Origin: Candidatus Sericytochromatia bacterium
GTDB lineage: Bacteria; Cyanobacteriota; Sericytochromatia; S15B-MN24; UBA4093
Reading direction: 5' to 3'
Length of the DNA stretch: 64,000 nt
Assembly: GCA_036676985.1 (NCBI GenBank)
Contig: JAKFBU010000030.1
Location: 64,001-128,000, forward strand
Shown here: one piece after another, positions 57,250 to 64,000 of the stretch
Layout: the number at the start of each line of letters is the position of its first letter
Position numbering within the stretch: the stretch's first letter is position 1
Made by a program: the position numbers and the translations under genes
Notes under the pieces: model-generated
Databases searched by the model: none
Seen by the model: the letters and a program-made list of their open reading frames with translations, nothing else
Told to the model about the DNA's origin: nothing

Positions 57250-58377
57250 TCAGGCGTCGTGCAGGTACGCCTCGACCAGGAGGTCGTTGCCGAGGGTGGT
57301 GCTGCGCATCTTGTAGAGGGGGACCGCCTCGTCCACCAGGCTCACGCCCAGACCCTCGACCGGGGTGGGCGACGACTGACCGCCGATGATGATGGGGGCG
57401 ATGGTGCAGTAGAGCTTGTCGACGATGCCGGCCGAGAGCGCCGCGGCGTTGAGGTTGCCGCCGCCCTCCACCAGGATGCTCGTGACCTCGCGCCGGCCCA
57501 GGATCTGCATGAGCTTGTTGAGATCCACATGGGAGTCGAACACGCCGCCCGTCTCGGGGGCGACCAGGATCTCGGCGCCCACCGCCTGCAGGGCGCGGAT
57601 GCGGTCCTCGGGGGCGTGCTTGGTGACCACGACGATGGTGTTGGGGCGCAACAGCCCCGTGCTGCCGGCCTTGGCCAGCACCTTGCAGGTGACGGGCGTG
57701 CGCGCCATGGAGTCGATGACGATGCGCAGGGGGTTGCGGGCGCGCGGCAGGGTGCAGACCACGTCGGGGTCGTCCTGCAGCACCGTGTTGATGCCGACCA
57801 TGACCGCGTCGTAGGTGGCGCGCAGCGCCTGCAGCTGGGCGACGGACTCGGCGCCGCCGATGTACTGGCTCTCGCCCACGGCGGTCGCGATCTTGCCGTC
57901 GAGGCTCATGGCGGTGCGCAGGGCGACGAAGGGACGCTTGGTGGTGATGTACTTGTAGAAGACCTCGTTGAGCTGACGGGCGCGCTCGCGCTCGATGCCC
58001 ACCTCGACGTCGAGGCCGGCGTGCTTGAGGGCCTGGATGCCCCGTCCCGCGGTCAACGGGTTGCCGTCCTCGCTGGCGACCACCACGCGCGCGATGCCGG
58101 CGGCCACGATGCGCTGCACGCAGGTCGCGGCCCGCCCCGCGAGCCCGCACGGCTCGATGGTCACGTAGAGCGTGCCGCCCTCGGCGGACTCGCCGGCCGC
58201 ATCCAGCGCGAAGATCTCCGCGTGGGACTGCCCCACCTGAGGGTGGAACCCCTCTCCCACCACCTGGTCGCCCTTGACGACGACCGCGCCGGACATCGGG
58301 TTGGGACTGGTCCAGCCGCGTCCCTGCTGCGCGAGTTCGATGGCCCGTTGCATGTAGATGGAGTCGGCGTTCATCAT
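57250..58377 (-). CDS. ribD: Bifunctional riboflavin deaminase/reductase RibD
   Basis: TSPNP, HAE, EPC-x8-C, SLDGKIA, GINTVLQDDP, VEGGG. Confidence 0.95.
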   Translation of the reverse strand: MMNADSIYMQRAIELAQQGRGWTSPNPMSGAVVVKGDQVVGEGFHPQVGQSHAEIFALDAAGESAEGGTLYVTIEPCGLAGRAATCVQRIVAAGIARVVVASEDGNPLTAGRGIQALKHAGLDVEVGIERERARQLNEVFYKYITTKRPFVALRTAMSLDGKIATAVGESQYIGGAESVAQLQALRATYDAVMVGINTVLQDDPDVVCTLPRARNPLRIVIDSMARTPVTCKVLAKAGSTGLLRPNTIVVVTKHAPEDRIRALQAVGAEILVAPETGGVFDSHVDLNKLMQILGRREVTSILVEGGGNLNAAALSAGIVDKLYCTIAPIIIGGQSSPTPVEGLGVSLVDEAVPLYKMRSTTLGNDLLVEAYLHDA

Positions 58378-58595
58378 CGACGTAACTTTCTACCAGTAGG
58401 GGGATCCCGGCGGGTCGCTCATGCGGCTGCAATGAGGTCACCAATTGGGTTTGCGGGCAATTCAGCCCGGGTCGAACCCACGGTATCATACCCAATCCAT
58501 GGGCGCCATCACAAGGCTGGCGAACGTCCAGGCGCCAGGCCGTGCACCGGCATGGTATGCTGACCGACGTTCGCTGCCCGGAGAGGAGACTCCCA

Positions 58596-59048
58596 ATGAA
58601 GGTACTGGCGACCACCGATGGCTCCGAGTTCTCTCTCGAGGCCCTGCGCCGCCTCGGCACGTTGTTGCCGCGCGAGGGGACCGAGGTCCTCCTGTTGACT
58701 GTCTTTCCCAGCCCGGGAGGCGGGGCCCTGACCATGATCGGGCCACCCTACATCGACTACACCGAGCTCTCCGCGCAGATCCGTCAGGAGGCCGAGGGGA
58801 TCGCCGCCCAGGGCGCCAAGGTCCTCCAGGATCAGGGCTTCCGGGTGGAGGCCGAGGTGCGTGAGGGCGACCCGGCGAGCATCATCCTGGATCGGGCCGC
58901 CGAGGCACACACCGACGTGATCGTCGTGGGCTCCCACGGTCGCAGCGGCATCGCGCGCTTCTTCCTGGGCAGCGTCTCGTCGCGGGTGGTCTCCCATGCC
59001 CCATGCTCGGTGCTCGTCATCAAGCACACCCAGGCAGGACGCTCCTGA
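58596..59048 (+). CDS. Universal stress protein
   Basis: VLATTDGS, GDPA..I, DVIVVGSHGR..FLGSVS.RVV.HAPCSVLVI. Confidence 0.93.
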   Translation: MKVLATTDGSEFSLEALRRLGTLLPREGTEVLLLTVFPSPGGGALTMIGPPYIDYTELSAQIRQEAEGIAAQGAKVLQDQGFRVEAEVREGDPASIILDRAAEAHTDVIVVGSHGRSGIARFFLGSVSSRVVSHAPCSVLVIKHTQAGRS

Positions 59049-59208
59049 GGGCACCTCATGACACCAGGCACGAATCGCCGATGGCCGCCTTTCAACGGCT
59101 TGCAAACCGAGTTGTCAGGCATCCTGAATCGGTAGGACCGTCGCCGGGTGGGTATAATGCACCGGATTCCTGCTTGCCCCCTCTGAATGGAAGGACACCC
59201 GGCCTCTC

Positions 59209-60591
59209 ATGAAATTCTCCTTTCTGGACCGTCTGCTCGGCGCTTTCGGGGGCAAGAAGAAGAAACGCAAGAAGGGCTCCAAGGGAAAAGGCAAGGTCAA
59301 GGCCCGCCGCGTCCCCACCTCCATGGAAAAGACGGTGCCGCGTGCCGCCGAGGCTCCGATCGCGCCGCCTTCGCCCGAGCCCATCGTCACGCCGGTTGCC
59401 GACACGCTCGACTCGTTCATCGACACCTTGGGTGACCCGGCCCCGGCTCCGATGGAGGCCGTGGCTCCCGAGCCCGCGATCGCACCGGAACCCGTGGCGC
59501 CGCCCGCTCCCGAGCCGGCGGCAGTGGCGACGCCCGCCCAGGACGATGTTCTGACGGCCGCCCTCAAGAGCGGGGACGCCGAGCATCTCGCCCGCACGGT
59601 CGAGGCCATGGCACAGTCGGCCCGGGCTCTGCAGGCAGCTGCCCAGGACAAGCGCCAGCTGTTTGCGAGTTATCAGTCGCAGCTCGAGCGCGCGAGCGGG
59701 TCGCGCGACTTCATGACGCTGGCCTTCGTGGGCTCCAGCCTCATCGTGGACGCCTCGTTCTTCCGGGACGAGCTCATCGCGCAGTCGGCCCAGGTGGTCG
59801 AGCTCGCCGGCAAGGTCGCGGGCACCCCCATCAAGAAGGCGCAGGGCCCCGTCGAGGAGTTCGCGGCCCTCTGCGAGACCTTCTTCGCCGGCATCACCAA
59901 GAAGCACAAGATGCTCGAGATGCTCGACGGCAAGCTCATCAAGGCCCACCAGAACAAGGACTTCGCCACCCTCTCCGACATCACTGGCGCGCTCTCGCGC
60001 GACGCCATGATCCTCGCGAGCCTCATGGCCAACGCCTCCGAGGTCGGTGCGAGCAGCCAGACCGGCCTGACGGCGACCACCAGCAGCGAGAAGGCCGCCC
60101 AGATCGATCAGCAGGTGGCCCAGCTTCACCAGGCCATCCTCGACCAGAAGTACGCGGCGATCGCCGACATCTCGCGCATCGTGAGCCTCAACGCGGGCGT
60201 GCTCGCCGATCCCTCCACGAGCAAGGCCGCGCAGATCCTCCAGCTGGGCCAGCAGCTCCAGCAGGGGATGAAGGCTTCGCCCGAGAATCCGGCCAACACC
60301 ATGGTCTGCGCCAACCTCGCCAAGGTCTCGAGCGTCTTCAACGGTCCGCTCATGGACAAGGCGAGCCAGCTCGAGGGCCAGGTGAACCAGCTCCTGGCGG
60401 CCCTCAATGCCTTCGATCAGTCGAAGATGTTCTCGCTGGCCGTGACCATCGCCCGCTCGGGTGCCATCCTGACGGATGCCACCATCCAGAAGGCCTCCCT
60501 CTTGGCCGGCTACGTGCCGCGCGTGGAGTCGTCCTTGAAGCGCAAGGACTTCCAGGGGGCGGCCTCGGCGCTCAAGAGCGCGATGTCCTAA
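59209..60591 (+). CDS. Hypothetical protein: Lys-rich N-terminus, Pro-rich linker, helical repeat body
   Basis: Long GC3-rich ORF with upstream TATAAT and SD; no recognised motif. Confidence 0.75.
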   Translation: MKFSFLDRLLGAFGGKKKKRKKGSKGKGKVKARRVPTSMEKTVPRAAEAPIAPPSPEPIVTPVADTLDSFIDTLGDPAPAPMEAVAPEPAIAPEPVAPPAPEPAAVATPAQDDVLTAALKSGDAEHLARTVEAMAQSARALQAAAQDKRQLFASYQSQLERASGSRDFMTLAFVGSSLIVDASFFRDELIAQSAQVVELAGKVAGTPIKKAQGPVEEFAALCETFFAGITKKHKMLEMLDGKLIKAHQNKDFATLSDITGALSRDAMILASLMANASEVGASSQTGLTATTSSEKAAQIDQQVAQLHQAILDQKYAAIADISRIVSLNAGVLADPSTSKAAQILQLGQQLQQGMKASPENPANTMVCANLAKVSSVFNGPLMDKASQLEGQVNQLLAALNAFDQSKMFSLAVTIARSGAILTDATIQKASLLAGYVPRVESSLKRKDFQGAASALKSAMS

Positions 60592-60596
60592 AGGAA

Positions 60597-60630
60597 CCGT
60601 TCATCTTTCGACCAGGCTCAAGATGAACGG
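60597..60630. terminator. Hairpin between convergent genes
   Basis: CCGTTCATCTT...AAGATGAACGG. Confidence 0.5.
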
Positions 60631-60686
60631 AGTTGAAGGGGGACAGTAACTTCCCTTCAGGATTGAAAAGCAAAGCTTCGCTTCGT

Positions 60687-61871
60687 TTAATCCCGATCCA
60701 GCGCCTCGTTGGCGAGCGCATCCGCCCGCTGGTTCTGCGCGCGGGGCACGTGCTCCAGCCGGTAGGTCTCGAAGGATCTCAGCTCGTCCATGGCCTCTCG
60801 ATACAGCGGCTTCAAGGCCTCGCTCTTGATCGAATAGGCCCCCTTGAGCTGCTTGATCATCAGCTCGCTGTCGGCCCGCACCACGAGCCGCCGGATGCCG
60901 AGCTCGCGCGCGGCCACCAGCCCCGCGACGAGCGCCCGGTACTCGGCCACGTTGTTCGTCACCACCCCCAGCCGCTCCGAGCGCTCCGCCACGACCTCCC
61001 CGCCGGGTGCCACCAGCACCGCGCCGAGCGCTGCCGGGCCCGGGTTCCCGCGCGAGGCGCCGTCGCTGTAGAGGACGTACCAGGCCTCGGCGTCGATGGC
61101 CTTCGGCGCGGGGGCTTCCAGCCCCTCCAGCCGCTCCGGAAGCTCCCAGACGCCCGCGAGCACCACGTCCGCCTCGGCCTCGAGCATTTCATGTGAGCTC
61201 ACGCCCGAGGTCACGGCGATGGCCCCCGCCGCCGCGGCCGCACGCGCCATGCGCACGTCATTGAGCGCGTCCCCGACCATCCAGGCCGCCTCGGGACGAA
61301 CGCCGAGCACCCGGCAGGCCTCGAGGAAGAGGTCCGGATGCGGCTTGTTCCGGCGCACGGCATCCGCGCCGAGCACCGCTCCGAAGTAGCGATCGATGCC
61401 CAGGAGCTTCAGGTCGCGGACGGCGTTGGCCGTGAGGTCCGTGGTCGCCACGGCCAGCTTGAGGCCCATGGCCGCAAGCTCCGCACAGGCCGCCTGCAGG
61501 TTGCCCGTCGGTCGCACCAGGACGGCCGGATCCACCTGGGACTCGGCCTCGTCGAAGGCGGCCTCGGCGATCGCCCGGGCGTCGAGCCAGCCCATGCCTC
61601 GTTCATAGAGAAAGGCCGCCGTGATCGTCAGCTCCTCGACCCGGGTGCCGGTGGCGAGGGGGCCCGTGGGGTCGATGTCGCCGCCGGGCACGCCCATGGC
61701 CCGCAGGAGGGCCGCGACGTCGTCGGCCATGAGGTCGGCCCGTCGGGCGACGGCCTCGGCGCGGGCCGTGGCCATGGCGCACCAGTAGCGCGCGAAGTCG
61801 ACGAGCACCCCGTCCTTGTCGAAGACGACGGCCTCGGCTGGTCGGATGTCCGACCCACGCAGCCCGACCAC
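60687..61871 (-). CDS. HAD-family phosphatase fused to ribonuclease HI
   Basis: GTG overlaps upstream stop (TAGTG). HAD motifs FDKDGVL, KPHPD, MVGDALND. RNase HI motifs YSDGASRGNPG, TNNVAEY, DSEL, HVPR.QN.RADALAN. Confidence 0.88.
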   Translation of the reverse strand: MVGLRGSDIRPAEAVVFDKDGVLVDFARYWCAMATARAEAVARRADLMADDVAALLRAMGVPGGDIDPTGPLATGTRVEELTITAAFLYERGMGWLDARAIAEAAFDEAESQVDPAVLVRPTGNLQAACAELAAMGLKLAVATTDLTANAVRDLKLLGIDRYFGAVLGADAVRRNKPHPDLFLEACRVLGVRPEAAWMVGDALNDVRMARAAAAAGAIAVTSGVSSHEMLEAEADVVLAGVWELPERLEGLEAPAPKAIDAEAWYVLYSDGASRGNPGPAALGAVLVAPGGEVVAERSERLGVVTNNVAEYRALVAGLVAARELGIRRLVVRADSELMIKQLKGAYSIKSEALKPLYREAMDELRSFETYRLEHVPRAQNQRADALANEALDRD

Positions 61872-63613
61872 TAGTCGCGCTTCTCCTTGAGGTCCGTCGT
61901 GGGGCCGACCGGGGGCATGCTCGACGGCACGTAACGCGTGGCCGTGACCCGCTGAGCGTTGGCCCGGGTGAGGGCCTCGGCGTACTCCAGGCGGTGGGCG
62001 ACCTCCTCGGCCACATGCGCGCTCAGGGTCCGGTTCTTGGCCATCTCGCGGCCGAGGGCCTTGAGGTCGTTGAGCCTGGCGATGAGGGAGGAATTCTGCC
62101 AGTAGGGGGCCGTGTGCAGGGGCAGGGACTGCTGGATCTTCTTGAGCTCCGCGCGCAGGACCGCCACGCTCGCCGCGCCCTCCACGTCCGTCGTGCCCTG
62201 GATGGGTCCCAGGTACTGGTTGTCGAGCTCCACGAGCGTGCGCCGCACCCCGTGGATCACGAAGCGATGGGGCGGCATGGCCGGACGACGGAACGGTCCG
62301 GCCGCCAGGGCCTCCAGCATGCCGGGCTTGAGGTGGGCGAGCGCGAAGATGAGGACGCCCGGCTGGTTCTTGGCGTCCAGGAACTCCACCTGGTCCAGGG
62401 TCTCCGTGAGCACGTCCTGCATGCGCAGGGGCCCCAGGATGGGATACAGCAAGTTCGTCCGGGTCCAGTTGTCCGTCTCCCAGCCGATCCAGGTGTTGAG
62501 GTCGCTGGTCTTGGACGTGTAGAGCATGGACGTCGTGAAGTCGATCCAGGCGTTGTTGGACCAGTGGCGCCAGTGCTGCATCTTGCTCAGACGGGCGTAC
62601 TTCTCGCCGCGGAAGGTCGAGGCCGAGACCTGGAAGTTGGGGTTCTTGGCCTTCACCTTCTGGGCGATTGTCTGCACCGTCAGGTTGACCTGCTCTTCGC
62701 GCCAGAGCTGGTACTCCAGCCACTCCTGCGAGTAAGGCTTGAGGGGCCAGCTCGGGAACATGCCATGCCGGGCGTTGTACTCGAAGCCGAAGGTGGTCTG
62801 GCTGATCCAGTCGTCGGGCGTCTCCTCGTCGTAGCGGATGTAATCCAGGAGGAGGCCGTCCAGGTCGTAGCGATCCGTCAGCTCGTCGATGAGGCCGTAG
62901 ACCCACTCGCGCGCCCGCGGGTCGGCGGGCGAGAGAAAGCGCGGGTCTTCGGTCTTGCCGCCACGGGCGGCGAGCGCCGGCATCTTGGAGAGCACCGGGT
63001 CCCCGAAGCCGGGCGACTTGACCCTGAAGACCCAGATCCAGGGATGGACCTCCATCCCGCGGCGGTGGGCCTCGGTGACGAGCACGGAGAGGAGGTCCTG
63101 CGGGATGGCGGCGAACTCGGGGTCCCGGTCCGTGTAGCGGCTGGGGTACATGGTGTAGCCGCGCCGGAAGACCTCCGGGATGAGCATGTTGAAGTTGGCC
63201 TTGTGGAGCTCCTCGACGAGCTGCTTGACGCCCTCGGGGGTCTTGGGCATGGAGCCCGCGTCGATGAAGAGGCCGCGCGCCTCGACGGTGCGCGATCGCA
63301 TGGTCCCCACCCAGGCCAGATCGAGGCTCGACTTGGCCTTGCCGAGCCACTCCTCGATGCGCTTGGGGTCCTCGCGCATGGTCGACAGCAGGCTCGCGGT
63401 GTCGAGGGCCATCTTGCCCAGCGTCAGGTCCACCTCGGCCCGGCCCAGGGGCACGTCCAGCATGCGCGCGCGCGCCGAGGCGACGCGGGCCTCGATCTTG
63501 GCGTGGCGATCGCGCATGGCCGCCACCTGGTCCTCCACGGGGCCCGCGAGGGCGGGCGTCGGTAGGAGCAGCAGCGTGGTCAGGACCAGAGCGAGGAGTC
63601 GGGAAGTGCGCAA
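61871..63613 (-). CDS. Exported glycoside hydrolase family 10-like (GHL10/DUF187) protein
   Basis: Signal peptide; EARGLF, EAHRRGMEVHPW, YDLDGLLLDYIRY. Confidence 0.88.
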   Translation of the reverse strand: MRTSRLLALVLTTLLLLPTPALAGPVEDQVAAMRDRHAKIEARVASARARMLDVPLGRAEVDLTLGKMALDTASLLSTMREDPKRIEEWLGKAKSSLDLAWVGTMRSRTVEARGLFIDAGSMPKTPEGVKQLVEELHKANFNMLIPEVFRRGYTMYPSRYTDRDPEFAAIPQDLLSVLVTEAHRRGMEVHPWIWVFRVKSPGFGDPVLSKMPALAARGGKTEDPRFLSPADPRAREWVYGLIDELTDRYDLDGLLLDYIRYDEETPDDWISQTTFGFEYNARHGMFPSWPLKPYSQEWLEYQLWREEQVNLTVQTIAQKVKAKNPNFQVSASTFRGEKYARLSKMQHWRHWSNNAWIDFTTSMLYTSKTSDLNTWIGWETDNWTRTNLLYPILGPLRMQDVLTETLDQVEFLDAKNQPGVLIFALAHLKPGMLEALAAGPFRRPAMPPHRFVIHGVRRTLVELDNQYLGPIQGTTDVEGAASVAVLRAELKKIQQSLPLHTAPYWQNSSLIARLNDLKALGREMAKNRTLSAHVAEEVAHRLEYAEALTRANAQRVTATRYVPSSMPPVGPTTDLKEKRD

Positions 63614-63749
63614 CGCCAGAAACCTTCCAGAGTGGGGAGTACAGCGGCCCGAGGCCCTTCACTCTACCCGTCCGGGAGGCCCCCCGTCAACGGAACGACG
63701 CCGTCAGACAGCCATTGTAAATTTATTTTAAGCCTGCTATTGTCCCCCT

Positions 63750-64000
63750 ATGCTAGAAGACGCCTGCGAGAGCCCGCGGCTGCTGGCGGCCGGGCAGCCC
63801 AAGCCGACTCCCTCCGTGCCGGACGCGGCGCGCCTGCTGGCCGCCGGCCGCGAAGCGTGCCACGTGCTGACCGAGGCGGGGATCCCGCACATGGTCGGCG
63901 GGGGGCTGGCCATCTGGGCCTACGGCCGCCGGCGGGCGACCAAGGACATCGACCTCTTCATCCCGCCCAAACTGCCCTATGTCGCGCTCGACGCCCTGGG
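63750..64000 (+). CDS. Nucleotidyltransferase family protein (3' end outside window)
   Basis: Translation contains VGGGLAIWAYGRRRATKDIDLF (GG..A..R.T.DxD motif). Confidence 0.75.
   Translation, partial: MLEDACESPRLLAAGQPKPTPSVPDAARLLAAGREACHVLTEAGIPHMVGGGLAIWAYGRRRATKDIDLFIPPKLPYVALDAL

Noticed and set aside
60687-63662. 991-aa ORF in the track as a single protein
   Set aside because: Its first ~600 codons are an alternative frame overlapping the GHL10 gene; the real HAD-RNase H gene starts at GTG 61871 with an AAGGAG SD.

Overview
High-GC bacterial chromosomal window. Gene content is loosely suggestive of a diderm, non-photosynthetic Cyanobacteriota relative such as Sericytochromatia; this is an inference, not demonstrated. 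Housekeeping genes: gpmI (partial), murA, rpsB-tsf-pyrH-frr-(small ORF)-cdsA, tRNA-Leu(GAG), pabB/pabC, ribD. Other loci: a divergent flagellar/T3SS block (flgD, flgE-like, FliM/FliY-like, a polytopic membrane protein fused to a SpoA domain, fliN, a fliO-fliP fusion, fliQ, fliR); an MglA/MglB polarity module with a DUF4388 protein, a degenerate methyltransferase and a CTG-initiated Ser/Thr kinase-TPR protein; and about 20 predicted lipoproteins. The best candidate for an undescribed system is a family of modular lipoproteins at 36.8-46.9 kb and 52.0-53.4 kb, with outliers at 26-27.6 kb and 47.6-49.4 kb. They share a post-lipobox [YR]-x(0-1)-[TV]-Q-[AVY] motif; several end in alternating hydrophobic C-terminal beta-strands and carry swappable, nested passenger domains. 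One is a 35-aa lipoprotein consisting only of a lipobox and such a strand. The architecture recalls type V (strand-exchange) lipoprotein pili. Also seen: recurrent TTAA-N7-TTWA boxes upstream of exported proteins, a rod-like structured RNA candidate, two non-AUG starts and a HAD-RNase HI fusion. No CRISPR array, transposase, integrase or rRNA was seen.
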